A stretch of 63,732 nucleotides of DNA, filler included, from Octopus bimaculoides (lineage: Eukaryota), in NCBI RefSeq assembly GCF_001194135.2. It is 5 parts of 5 records of this genome, joined end to end, with 100 filler letters (N's around TTAATTAATTAA, not from the genome) between each part and the next. Parts side by side here need not be neighbours in the genome. Positions count along the whole stretch, not along the records: positions 34,627 to 49,753 come from NC_068982.1; positions 49,854 to 54,521 come from NC_068984.1; 3 more parts are not named here. The stretch is one strand, 5' to 3'. Shown one piece after another: positions 36,552 through 50,230 of this stretch. Each line of letters opens with the position of its first letter. Within the stretch, counting starts at the first letter, position 1. The translations under genes were made by a program, and so were the position numbers. The notes beneath the pieces are model-generated. The model was not told the DNA's origin. It ran no database searches and saw only the letters and a list, made by a program, of their open reading frames with translations.

Positions 36552-38623
36552 ATTGTTGAGTTATATTGATATTAATTCTTACCCACCGTTAATTAAGGCA
36601 AATTTCCTTATAGGTGTACTAGAAGCTTTCACTTGGAATTTTACTCGAGTTGATTAAGTACAATTTTTATTAGTGAAAATATCTGTTACTGTTCTCGGGT
36701 TTCCATATATTTAAGACGGTAATTTTTCTTTAAAAATTGCTCGTATAATCCCTGGTAAAATAAAGGTTTTCTTATATGATATTAATGCAACATTCAAAAT
36801 AATGTACCAATGTCATTTCTGTCAGGCAACGTTTAGAAATTTACTCAAAGCCTAAGGATATTGTTTTCATCTATATCTAAAAATGTGTGATAGCAAATAA
36901 ATTAATCTGCAGCATTAGTCCCTTCGCTTCAAAGTTCTGATTTTAAATACCCAAATTTCATTTAATTCATCGTATTAAAACTAATTATTGCTTGTTAATA
37001 CTAAGGGAGGTTTGTCTATAAATTGCAAGGACATTCATAATTAGGTGACGTGTTTGAACTCAGTATATTATATGCGTGAGGGACAAAGTTTTTTTTAATA
37101 CAGAAACGTACGAAAATTGCCAATATGGAAAAATTAGTTTCTTTTACGCAGTAAAAGCATCACCAACTCATGGGGAAGATTTATATATTCGAAATGTAGA
37201 TTCCTCTGTCGTCTTCAACGTATGGAGGTGCTACCACGAATGTAACAGCAGTTAGACTACAACACACACATGATTTCTGTATAGTGGCGAAGCCTTGTGT
37301 AGGAAAGGGCACACTATTGTATATTTGGTGCAAATGTTTACCTTGACATCAATGAACATACCAAAGGCTTTTCGATTAGTTCTCGCTCTACTGGTTTAGT
37401 AGTCTTCGCCACAGCTTACAGTTCTAACCACTCTGGTAAGTTAAATGTACAACTAACCACCAAGTCCTCGCGCATATACCACTGTTTATATAACGGCAAC
37501 GAACATAAGAAACTGGCTTTTATTGAAAAGTAACTCATATATTATTAATAAACAAAGCACATGTAAAGCACTAGCTCTTACCTAATAATAAACATTTGTG
37601 TTATGCTATTGATTTTACTGGACTCAGCCAATGGGCGTGAAGCCATATCGTGGCACAGACTTCAACAGGTTTCGTTTATCATTGCAATCTCAATAAATAT
37701 TTCTGTTTCCTAATTACTTCATTGACCTCTATTGATCTTATGATGGAAGTACCGATTGGCATAAAGGCATGTAACATGGGTCTGCATTCGTATAAAGGAT
37801 GGGAGACATACCGGGCATCAGAACACAGAAGCCCATATATAATTATTACCATATACTTAATGTGTGTTGTTATGCGTTATAGGAGTGCGATAGCTTGTCG
37901 AAGGGAGATAATCTAAGGGCTATCATCTTAAAAGTACACCATACTTCTAAAGCTGGGCAAAACGAAATCGCACCGGAAGTTGACGAGGGCGACGGATATC
38001 AATATTTTGCGGTTATTTCTTCTCATGAGTATCTCATACTCCTTCACTTCTGTAACGAATCGCAATGGCCACTTAGACGTATGCATAAAGATAGCGTAAA
38101 ATATATTTGCTGCTGCGCAAAAGTGATGTCCAAACGATCAATATTAATGGTAAAGGACTGGGATCGAAATGAAACACATTGAATAAAATAAACATATATC
38201 TGGACCCCTAGTAAGAATCACGTGTATCTAGTTATTAATGTTTCTATGATTCTAGTCATAACATATTTTCTATTTCAATCTCCTGTTTAATACTTCTTTT
38301 TTGCAATTTCACCATTTTAAAGAATCTACGTCCAAATATAGTGCATGTATTTAATGTGAGTGCGCTAATGTAACTGGACGTTTTTTTTTTCTTTGATTTG
38401 GTTTCAATTGTAAAATGCCATGTTCATATTTCGTTTTTGGTTCACTCTAAATGGACATTCTCAAGGGTATTGACGCTGCATCATAATAATTTACAAAATA
38501 CTCCCAAACTTCAGGAAGAAATCAAATGTCCTGTCATACAGCAAGTGGAATTAGAGATAAAAATGTATTGCAAACAACTTGCACATGCAAGTGCTACCAG
38601 GCGAGAACTCCGCATACCGGAAG

Positions 38624-38754
38624 CTAGCAAGTGTATGGAGACATCAGGAGAAAATGCGCACCGTTCCGGGGCCTAACTCTAGACGGTTTCAATGCGCACC
38701 GGCCCCGCTCACTGATATGAGGCCCCGCTCACTGATATGAGGCCCGCTTGCTAG
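38624..38754. repeat. GC-rich 131-bp segment with 10-bp inverted ends and a 20-bp tandem repeat
   Basis: ctagcaagtg ... cgcttgctag; (ggccccgctcactgatatga)x2 at 38701-38740. Confidence 0.6.
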
Positions 38755-39711
38755 ATCAACTAGTTATTAAATAAACTCAATATTTCTCTAGCCATCGCTC
38801 ATCGTATGTATTTAACCAAATCCAGTGGCTAGCCTTCTCCACTATATTTTATATATCACTCATTGTGGTATTTACCTTACGATGAGTTAGGCCTAACGAT
38901 AACAACAATAGTTAAAAGAATGCATTCAAATCAATATCCGTGGAGAAATTACTTTAGTCTGAGCCTCGGCAGGGCAAACGTTCCGGTGACTAAAATAAGT
39001 AATATTATCAAAAATAATATCAAGAACATAAACATAAATATGTGGTTATAAGCGTGTGTATACACATGCGAGTGTGATAGCGTGTGTGCGTGATAAATTA
39101 TTAGCATTGCAAAATTGATACAGAACGATGCAGTAGCGAAGAAGAACGAGATAGTTGAAAAATGTAAAGCATACGAATATATATGAAGTCTGCGAATTTC
39201 AGTAATATAATTAATCTCTTTATTATATTATTGAAAATCAATTGGCCTAATTTAATGAACACTGAATTAATTTATACGAACTGTATGTTAATCCCTTGAA
39301 ATGAAAGACCTTATTTAGAAAAGGAGTGTTTTACATGATGTTTATTAAGACAATCTCATATGAAAACTAAAGGCGCAAGTAGTAGAGAAGTAATGTCAGA
39401 TGTAAGACATAGAATTGCTACTACAGAAAACATTTTTTTAAATAATATTGATGAATAATAATTGCTTTTGTAATAAGTAGAAAAAGAAAAGGTTAGTGTG
39501 CTAAATGTACGTGTACACTGAGGTGTATGCTAAGTTTTACAATAATTATAAATATTTAATAAACGACGATAAAGCTGCGTACTAATATCAAAGAGTTCCT
39601 CTTTCTTGTATGTCAGAATTTAACAGTGTCGTTATTTTAAAAAAGACATGTATATACTCATTCATTATTAATAACGTATGAAAGTTCTATAAGGATAACT
39701 GCATACGTACG

Positions 39712-40240
39712 TCATTATACAGTTTTATTTCAAAATTTCTTGCCAATAGAGAAAGAGACCGATTCTAAAATTTCAACATCAACAGAGTATTTGTGTGTAT
39801 GCATGTATGTATGTATGTATGTATGTATCTATGTATGTATGTATATGTGTCGATTAGTATATGTCCTTTCATGTATGCCTTGTCATGCATATACTTGAAT
39901 ATCTAGACAAACTCATATATACTTAAATAATAAATTTTTGGAATATCTTATAGATTTTACAGTTTCAATCGTGGCTCAGATTTGTAGTCTTCAAATCAGC
40001 TTTCTCCTTTCTGGTTGTGAGAAACGTAATTTCTCAAGATTGTTATTTATGCACTGTGTTAAATATCCCAGGGCCCCAATAATTACAGGTATAAACCTGA
40101 ACTTCTGATCTATATAGAGCAATTGCAGATTTTTCTCGTTTTCACTGATCTTCAGCACAATGTTAAGATTCGCTGGGCAACTGATTTCCACAACTAAACG
40201 CAGTTTCTCTATCCCAAATCATTATATCAAGTTTATTGTA
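39712..40240 (-). mobile_element. 5'-truncated copy of the R4/Dong-like retrotransposon (RLE C-terminus plus 3' UTR)
   Basis: EISCPANLNIVLKISENEKNLQLLYIDQKFRFIPVIIGALGY matches 53700-53950; 3' UTR ctttctctattggcaagaa...ataatga shared. Confidence 0.85.
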
Positions 40241-40316
40241 TGTATGCATGTATGTATATATATGTATGTATGTGTGTATGTATGTATGTATGTATGCATG
40301 TATATATATATGTATA

Positions 40317-40379
<63 letters not shown>

Positions 40380-40646
40380 GCAGTTTCATACCACTTAAAA
40401 TATCTGGGGTTTTTTAGTAACTTGGAAAAGGAAGAGTCCTGGCACGCTTGTAAATCTACAGCCACCTTCCAATAGAGGTTCCAGTTTTTATCGCTCGACC
40501 CTTTTCAATAAATGTATATTCGTTCAAAACCAGTTATTTTCCCACAGAATGTTGGAAACACATATCTGTGCATATTTTGTAAAAATAAATCGGATCTGCG
40601 CGGTCAAAAACAAACGGCGGCCTTTAACATGTAGCAGCAACATTTC

Positions 40647-41862
40647 TGCTGGCCGAAATTATTAGGCGCGTGCCCAATTTAAGTGTCATTATGGGTCTAA
40701 AGCGTGAACTTACCACTAATGCGAAGTCTACCATCGTGTCGGAGCTAGGAAAAGGTAAAGTAACCATAGAAATATCAAAAATACTGGGAAGAGATCACCG
40801 AACAATGAAGAACTTTGTGCAGTCTCATATTTCTGCCCTTTCGAGTGTAGATAATGATAAATCGTGGGTTGCTTCAAATCATACTTTTTCACGTGTGAAA
40901 AGGGAAGTTGTGCGGAACCCATGCCTGATAAGGAAAGAACTCTTCAAATGTTGTGGCAGGGAAGATGTATCGAAATCTATCAGGTGTCCTCACTTGAAGC
41001 AGGTAGCTAGGAATGTGAAACTAGTTTAAAAGCTCCATCTGAAGATTGCTCGTAAGCAGAAGAGACTGAAATGGGCAGAATAATAGATGAACATAGAGTT
41101 TTCAACGGTTCTGTTCACTGAGGAATGATATGCTACCCTTGACAGACTAGATCGCTGGAGTAAAGTTTGGGTATCAATCAGCGGGAACAGTCCTCATCGT
41201 TCGATGCGCCAACTGGGGAGAGGTGGGATCATGTTTAGGCTTGCATCGTTGATGGTATGGTGGTCGGGCCATGGAAAGTCCCAGATGACATTAAGATGAC
41301 ATCGAAAACATGCTACCTTCTTAGAGTAAAGGACAATCTCCAACTGTGGCTCAAAAAGCACAAACTTTCTTTAAGGAGAAAGAAGGTCTTCATGCACGAT
41401 AATGCTCCGTCTCATGCAATGAAGAATTCTATGGAATACCTGCAGGAAATAGGTATTTCTCGAGGTCGTTTGATGGAGTGGCCACCTTTATCATTTGGTT
41501 TAAACCCGATCGAGTACATTTGGTGTGTCCTGGAGAAGCGCGTTTACCAAGATGTATGGCAGTTTTCAAGTAAAGTTGGTCTTTGGGATGCTATTCTAGA
41601 TGCTGCTCAAGAGGATATCATCAACTAAATAAATTCAATAGACCAGCGCGTAAGGAAGTTTATTGCATGTGGAGGATCATACATCAAACATTAGGAGCTG
41701 TATGACATCATAATGTCATGATAGTTTTCATTCGAAGTATTATCATGTTTACCATTAAATCGTTTAAGAATAACTTGTTAAACCTTTAATGTTGAATTAA
41801 ATAAATATATGTGCTGACAAAATTATCAATTCCATTACACTTGGCTAATAATTTGTGATGGT
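40647..41862 (+). mobile_element. Decayed Tc1-like transposon (DD34E transposase pseudogene 40670-41690)
   Basis: HTH-like EISKILGRDHRT; KVFMHDNAPSHA; EWPPLSFGLNPIEYIW; degenerate TIRs aaattattaggc / gctaataattt. Confidence 0.85.
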
Positions 41863-41956
41863 GAAAATGTTGCCAACAGTCAGTGGGAAAACAACTTGTC
41901 TTCAACGAACATACATTTATTTATTGAGAGAAGGTTGATTTGCCTTATAACGTGGA

Positions 41957-42012
<56 letters not shown>

Positions 42013-42169
42013 GTATAGCCGTATTCACATATGTATATGATTGTGTATCTATATATGTGTTTGTGTGTGTGTGTGTATTCTCATCTAAAATGGAGACAGA
42101 TGCGTACACTTTCATAAAGCATTTTTGAAGATATCCTCACAGCTTTCGTTACTAAATGGCGATTGCCTC

Positions 42170-42705
42170 ACGCTGAGGACGGATAATATCCAGAAATCTC
42201 GTTCTGTACGTATCACGTAAAGCTAGAGATGGGAGTGATGGCCTCCGTTTAAAATGCTGTATACGGACACTGAGTGTGTGTCTAGAGCCAGCTGGAAAAG
42301 TTTTTTTTTTTTCCTGGGGCCAAAGCAACAGCAACCTTATCCTTTACTGGACAGACAGAACATGTTGGCATATTTAAATTTTACTATCCGGTACAGTTAC
42401 TGTATTTCTCTCGCTCAGAGATTAAAAACATGTTTATCTCGATATGAGACCAGCGAGTGTGTGTCCCTTAAAGAATATGTAGTATTAGCGATTGGAGATA
42501 GTTTTCTCCACTAGCTGGTAAATCTCTCACATTGAGGATGGATGACATCTAGAAATCTAGGTCTGTTAGTATTACGTAAGGCTAGAGATGGTAGCGATGA
42601 TTTTCCTTGCAAATCATCTATACGGACACAGAGTGTGTGTCGTTAGCCAGCTAGAAAAGATGTTTTCCTGGGGCTAAAACAACAGTAACAATGTCCCTAA
42701 GAGGA
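42170..42705. repeat. About 360-bp-spaced diverged direct duplication of a dispersed repeat
   Basis: gctagagatgg...tacggacac...gccagct.gaaaag...ttcctgggg...aacagc/t occurs twice; a related end lies at about 34440. Confidence 0.7.
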
Positions 42706-42724
42706 CTGCCGCGCTATGTCAGTA

Positions 42725-42777
<53 letters not shown>

Positions 42778-43620
42778 ATATACATATATTTATTTATATA
42801 CGAACGTTAAACTAATACATCCATTTGTTGTTTACACCACCTGTCTTCGTCTGTTGATTTTTTCGTAAATTCTCCCACATATATATATTAACGTATACGT
42901 AGGTGTGCATGTATGTGTATTTTTTCTGTCAAAGTCTTTTGAGTACGGTAATGCTGTATTGTCTCTTTGAAAGTTTTCGTAGAACGAATCGATTCCAGTA
43001 CACCTTTTAGGCATTTTAGACACGCACACAGATATATATACTCCGTTTTTCACGTCCACTGACAAGGGTTTAGGGAGCCTGTCTAAAGTAGGAGACACAT
43101 GCACATGCCGACAAGGTGTGCGGCTTAACCTAGACCAAGGAAAGCTTGTACAGTACAATTATGGCTGTATGTGGTTAATTTTCTTTACGATTCCCCCTTC
43201 CACCTCGATTAAAAAACACTATATATTTCTCACTCGCTCTGTCTTTCTCTCCTTCGCTTTCTCTGTCTATCTGTCCCAGCCTTCCATTCTGCTATTTATA
43301 CTTCAGCAAAATGTTGAAGCACTTGGTGTAACATTAATCAATGAAATGTACTGCACAAAATGTTAATTAAATTGGAATTTTCTTTAGCGTCACTTGAGCA
43401 AAGAACCTATTTCCATTTTGATTAGCATACTACTCCGGCGTTTATCGTTTTTAATTATATCGCTCTTGAAAATTATGAATGCTGGCTGGATTGAGAAAAC
43501 AACAAACAATCTTAAATGTTAATAAATACAAAAATAGCTTGTAATATATATGTTAAAAAAAGAATTGTCTGTGCCTGCGTGTGAGAAATTATGAGGATAC
43601 ATAGAGCGAATAAAGAGTGC

Positions 43621-43679
<59 letters not shown>

Positions 43680-46600
43680 CGTGTGTCACCGAAGTTGTGG
43701 GTGTATGTATATGCGCATAGATATGTATAGAGATGTGTGTGTACCCATATGTTTTCGCGGGAAAGTATCTTCGTAAATATGTAACTTGATACATATCAGA
43801 GAGAGGCCAACATGTTACCAGTGGCAACCCACGAGAACGACAAGTGCATATCTTCCTGCTTGGTTGTTTAATATCCAGCATCTACTTTTCATTTACTAAG
43901 TCGATATTCATAGTTCGATGTATAGCAATGAATAACTACATTTACCGATATTCTGAAAAGTCGGGCTATTAAAGCAAAAAATAAAGCTCGATGAAAACAA
44001 CTGTAAAGCATTTAAAACAATCAGCCGTCTATAAATGTATATACGTCACCAAAAGGGATTATGGTGTTGCTTTTTTGTATATATACATACATACGTACAT
44101 ATAAATAAATAAATAAATATATATATATATATATATATANNNNNNNNNNNNNNNNNNNNNNNNNNNNNNNNNNNNNNNNNNNNNNNNNNNNNNNNNNNNN
44201 NNNNNNNNNNNNNNNNNNNNNNNNNNNNNNNNNNNNNNNNNNNNNNNNNNNNNNNNNNNNNNNNNNNNNNNNNNNNNNNNNNNNNNNNNNNNNNNNNNNN
44301 NNNNNNNNNNNNNNNNNNNNNNNNNNNNNNNNNNNNNNNNNNNNNNNNNNNNNNNNNNNNNNNNNNNNNNNNNNNNNNNNNNNNNNNNNNNNNNNNNNNN
44401 NNNNNNNNNNNNNNNNNNNNNNNNNNNNNNNNNNNNNNNNNNNNNNNNNNNNNNNNNNNNNNNNNNNNNNNNNNNNNNNNNNNNNNNNNNNNNNNNNNNN
44501 NNNNNNNNNNNNNNNNNNNNNNNNNNNNNNNNNNNNNNNNNNNNNNNNNNNNNNNNNNNNNNNNNATATATATATGTATATATAGATATATGCCCTGTTA
44601 AAACCACAACACATCAGAAAGCGAATATCATCATCGTCGTCGTTGTCGTCGTCATTATCATCAGTAGCAGCAGCATTGCCATCTATGCCACTGGTGGGAC
44701 AATATTTTTCTTCTATTCATCTTTAACATTGTGCTTTTTATGCTCCTCACCGATCCATAGACAATACAGGCATGTCGCATTGCTCACAAGGGCGCAGCGC
44801 ACGTCTTCAGTGCTTCTGCATTCTTGTTTTTGATATTTTTACTCCTCTGAGGTCTTCAATGACGGCTGTGGTTGGCTGATGAACGTGGTATTTGTCTTAT
44901 AACTTTCGTTGCAGTTATTTCCACATTTATCATTGTTGCATGTGATGTTTCCACTCTTAGAGATAATTATACACTGCTGTTGCAGCTGCATGCAGTTGTT
45001 TTTTCTTGCTGTGGTTATTTCTCTGCTTGCTTCTTTTGGGGCTGTTTAATTTATGCTTGAATTAGTGGATGCCTTCATTCAGCTGTCATTTAATGTTATT
45101 TTTGATGTTGTTGCGGACAGAAAACTTTGATATGATTAATGCTTCTACAGCTGTAGCAACAAGGTGTTTTATATTCTTTTGCTATCTCTTAGGTTCCAAT
45201 TGAATCAATATTTCCATCCCCGTCCAAACCCGATTTCTCATACGAAAGTTGTTGTAGCAACGTGCTAAGTTGATGCATGCCTACATATTGCATTACCTCT
45301 CCAAGTCTAGAGCTATTGGTATATTTGTGATTTTACTTTGGGATCAGTCTTCGTTCCAGCTAATTTGTTACTAGTGTAAATATTTCAGTTCACAGCAGGT
45401 CGGTGTAGTGCATCTGCTCGAAGATTTCCGAGTAGAATATAACTCAGACATAGCGGAAATTATGATCATGTTCGACCGAATTAATGACTTGCCATATATT
45501 AATGAAACACGGTTCTATGTCTGAATGTATATGATTCATGTTGTGTCCTTTCGTCGATAAGTATCTACACGTAATTGTTTTAAAAAGATGCTGCCATATT
45601 TTGAGCACACTTTTTCTCTGCTATACTCTGTGAATGTTTTTCTCTGCCTCTTTTAAGTGATCATGCATATTGTTTACAACATATGAATTTGAAAACTGTG
45701 CTTTTAGCATCATAGGTATCAATACCATTATTACTTCTTATTGAGATGGCGGTAGCGTTGACGATTTCGATTGTTCTGTTAAAATGCTACTGTAACGGTA
45801 GCAATGCAAAACGGTGATTTTAGGAGCTTCTTAGTTGGACATTTTACACTTCTGGCACGTGCAGCATGTTTCTACTGATACTTCCGTTGTAATTTTTATT
45901 TGTACTTGTTCTCTATCATTGTATGGTAGGGGATGACTGCCGCACATTTTTTCACCTTCAAAATATTTCTGCATATCCCATCGAAAAAAAGACCACATTT
46001 CGAACGTTTTTCTACGTTTCTAATTCCCCACCACTTCTTTAAATATTTCGCCCTATCGGGCAAGTAAGGGATACAAATTGGAATATTATTATGAAGGTTT
46101 TAAACACGTTCAGCTTCGGCAACAACCCACAAAGCTAACGGCTCTTAAATTAACAAGAACAATAATAATAATCGATTACATCGACCCCAGTGCACAACTG
46201 GCAGTTATTTTGTCGACGCCGAAAGGCATTTTGGGTAAAATTTTACTACAGTCCCGAACAGTCGAAAGATTTATTAGTGCATTTCATAGATGTAGGTGGG
46301 TCATTGCGTGGATTCGTTTACATCTACGTAACTTAGCAGTCCGGCAAAAATGAAAGATACAGTAAGTAACAAATTTGAAAATGAAAAAAAAGTGACATGG
46401 TCTATTATTTCGACTGAGGCCTATCAGGGCAATGTCCCAGCATAGCCGCATGACGGGGAATAGTACTCCTAAGTTCGCTTTCAGTATGTTGTAGATGGAT
46501 TAAGCTTCATGGGGAGTGAACATCTCATCACAGATAATTATGTTCTGTGTCTCTCATCTTAAGAAGACCTACAACTATTCTTGGTATCAATGGGGAAATA

Positions 46601-46944
46601 AAAGAGCTGTCGAGCACCCAATGTTTCAGAATTACGAATCTCTGCCCATAGTTCTTTTTAAAACATGAAAAATTTCAGCCTCAATGAAGGTATTTGAGAC
46701 AAGTACACTTTCATGAGAATGATGATGATGATGGAAAGAAATATGATTGTTAAATATAGGCATTGTGTTTATAATGAGAATGGTCTAGCTGTTCGCATTT
46801 CTTCTCAAGCTGCTGCTGCCGTTGATAAATTTAGAGCAAAAATTATGATGCGAACATATGAAAATCAACAACATTAAAAAACTACAGCAGCGATCATAAA
46901 ATCAACCAAAACACGTCAACAACTCTAAGAAATATAGCAGCTAC

Positions 46945-46957
46945 ATTATTATTATTA

Positions 46958-47033
<76 letters not shown>

Positions 47034-47090
47034 CATTATCATTGTTGCTGTTGTTGTTGTTGTCATCATCATCATCATCATTATTGTTAT
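46945..47090. repeat. (ATT)n-(GTT)n-(ATC)n compound microsatellite
   Basis: Direct reading. Confidence 0.95.
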
Positions 47091-47820
47091 TTCGTCTCGT
47101 CTATTACACCTTTAGTGATTTTGATTTATGTAGACCATTTCTGATCGACTGATAATAACTTTCAATACCCCTTACGGCTGATGTGAGAATAGAAAATATA
47201 TGAGAGCTGAGATGTCCCCTTAGACTCCTAGAAATTGCGCTCCATCTTGTTCCAAATATTTTATGTTTTGATATGTTATTGTTCATTTCTTTGTTTTTCC
47301 TTTTTTTCACATTTCATTTTAATTTTATATTCAAAACACTCCATAATTTTCCACCGATTATCCTTCAATATTTCATTTTTTAATATGTTTTGATATGTCT
47401 CTCTCTCTCACTTATGTATTAACATTTCTCTCTCTTTCTTCTATTTCTTTCATTCGCTTTTTAACAATCATGTTTCTCTTTCACTCCCTCCCGCTAATTA
47501 TATCCATCAACATTCCTTTTGTCTCGTATCTTTCTCTCCCATACTCTATGATTCCCTCTATGTTTCTGTCTCTCGCTTCCTGGTTCCTGTTTAATCATTA
47601 GGTGTCATATATCATAGTCGCTGCGACAAGTCCAAGACATTTTTTGTATATTTATCAATGGATTAGTCTTCCAGCAATTTTATTTTTAAGCTTAAGTATA
47701 ATGAGAACAATTAGTCCGTTAAGAAAGGAAGGTAAGTGCATTGAGAATTTAAGATAAGCAAGAGAAGTGAAAAGAGATGTACAATATGTTGGGAAGTTAA
47801 GAATAAAACGAAAGAATGGG

Positions 47821-47861
<41 letters not shown>

Positions 47862-47944
47862 AATAAAAAGTTTAGAATGGTACAATAATGCAGTGTAACA
47901 CAAAAAATGAACTATATACCTGTTATAATTTGGTTACCTATAGT

Positions 47945-47986
47945 CCGATGATATTTCGGAATTACAATTCCTTCTTCAGATATTCT
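47945..47986 (-). ncRNA. Minimal hammerhead-like motif
   Basis: aatat CTGAAGA a ggaatt gt aattcc GAAA ta TC atcgg: intact cores, perfect 6-bp helix II, only about 2 bp of helix I. Confidence 0.55.
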
Positions 47987-48289
47987 TAGATGGAGTCTCT
48001 TACAGCTGTTTTGGCCTAGTGTTGGCATGCCCCATTCTATCTATATAACTCCAGTACGCTGGAGTAATTAGTAGATGCAAATTATGTAATGGGGGTACGT
48101 GCATGATTCACTAGGCCTCTTCAGAGATTTACAAAATTCAATGCATGAATTTTGCAAAATTTACATTTCTTTTTCTTTTATTTTATTCTTTTATTTGTTT
48201 CAGTCATTTGAAATGCTGGAGCACCGCTTTTAGTCGAACAAATCGACCCCATTCCAAAGTACAGTTTAAGAGTGGGCAAATTTATTTCT

Positions 48290-48530
48290 AGAGGACTAGA
48301 GTCACCCTTGCATACCGGTCTCCCCCCTCCACACCACCGATGTTGTCCAACGGAAAGTAAAAGGCCGGTAAAGCTGCGTACCACTGACGTCGCAACTCAT
48401 TTTTCAGGTGAGTGAAATGATGCAACACGACATAAATTGTCTCTTTCAAGATCACAACACATAGCCCGGTCCGGCAATAAAACTCTCTAACCTATATTCG
48501 TAAACCAGTCGCTCTAACCACTGAGCCGTG
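48290..48530 (-). mobile_element. tRNA-derived SINE (family D-related)
   Basis: actgacgtcgcaactcattttt...ctttcaagatcacaacacatagcccggtcc...gctctaaccactgagcc. Confidence 0.65.
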
Positions 48531-49853
48531 TGTGTGTATATATTTGTATTTGTACGTGTGAGTGTGTGCGTGTGTGAGTGTGTGCGTGCGTGCGTGTGTG
48601 TGCGGGTGTGATGTTATTGCATCATATGTGGGATTCGCCCAGATTCGCGTCCGCATATTCCATTTTCGCCTTGGGCCATGACATTGGGTAGTGACCATTA
48701 ATGAATTGGAAGTGTAGAACTAAATCCTGCCCGGTTATTTTCTCCTTCATTGCCGACGAAGTCATAGCATAGCAATAAAAATATTGCTTGTATGTCGATA
48801 AATATGTCCATTTTGGCTAGATCATTAGAAATACTGTGTAGTACAGTGTGTCATATGAATAGAAAACACGTTTACCAGTCATTTATACGTGTGCGTAAGA
48901 GCTTTATATGGAAACGCGTAAGTATATACGTATAACTTGCACTCATGCATGACGCCAACGGGAAGGAAACAGCAAGCGATATATATGTGTCCTGCGCTCA
49001 ACGAAACACAATATTGTTGTCATTCTCTACGTCAAAAACACGCAAAAACAATAATTGTGATTTCAGAAACTTATAATCGTCGATGCTATTCCTGTCAACA
49101 TCCGGTATTAAACAAATAAAAAAAAGGAAATAAAATAAGCCTGAATCCATTCGAGCTGTTAACGAAGCCGCTGCCTTAATTGCCCGAAATGTCAGTGGTG
49201 CTAAGATCATTTCATGACCAAGCAATTTTAATTATATCTGACTCACTTCACATAGCTGTAAATAGGTATCATAGGAATACTGTATAATTAAACATAGATT
49301 CATTAGAGTGCATTGCTCTTTTACGTCTCTACTGGGTTCGTGTTAGGATTGCAATTATTTCTATAACAAGCACGCGAGAGGAGGAGATGTTATGGCTAAA
49401 TTCCCATTTGTATAGGTTTGTCTGGATGATGGGATGGACCATGACGTTCAATGGTTCGCAGAGATCGATGAGATCGACATTCTCGTTTAACATATGTGTG
49501 TGTTTGTGTGTATGTGTGTGTGTGTCTTCATGAATCATATAGGGGAGGTGTTTATTCTATAGATTTTACACCTTTACTGGAGGGTTAAAAATAAACTCGA
49601 TGTGCCCAGTAGAGTTAACCGAGAAGACTATAGAGGAATGTGTAACATTCGAAGCTATATACCCTTTCCTAGATCATGGGATTGAATACTCTTTCTAGTA
49701 GCGACAGAGGATACAGAGATAAATATATATATATATATTTATATATATATATANNNNNNNNNNNNNNNNNNNNNNNNNNNNNNNNNNNNNNNNNNNNTTA
49801 ATTAATTAANNNNNNNNNNNNNNNNNNNNNNNNNNNNNNNNNNNNNNNNNNNN

Positions 49854-50090
49854 GTCTATAAGCTGGATTCTCAATGCATACCTTCTCAAAGCTTTTACTG
49901 GTCACTGAGAGAGGGGAAGGGGAGATCGGTCTTAGCATACCTTTTGACAGGTCACTAAGAGAGAGAGAGAGGAGAAGGAAGGAAGGACAAACTAACATAT
50001 ATAGGGAGTTAGGGAGTGTCTATATGCTGGATTCTCAATGCCTACCTTCTCAAAGCTTTTACTAGTCACTGAGAGAGGGGAAGGGGAGAC
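49854..50090. repeat. About 70-bp direct repeats about 164 bp apart
   Basis: gtctata.gctggattctcaatgc.taccttctcaaagcttttact.gtcactgagagaggggaaggggaga occurs twice. Confidence 0.8.
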
Positions 50091-50230
50091 AGAATATTTT
50101 GAAAACTGGACGGATTATTTTTTGCAAGAAAGTAACTATTTTATCTAATTTTCCGATTATATAATAAAACACGCGGCGCATAGCTTGCATGTCTGAGAGT
50201 GCACGCCACTGATACATACATACACAATAC

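Noticed and set aside
45200-46060. Unique AT-rich stretch checked for decayed transposase or host exons
   Set aside because: No recognisable motif in any frame.
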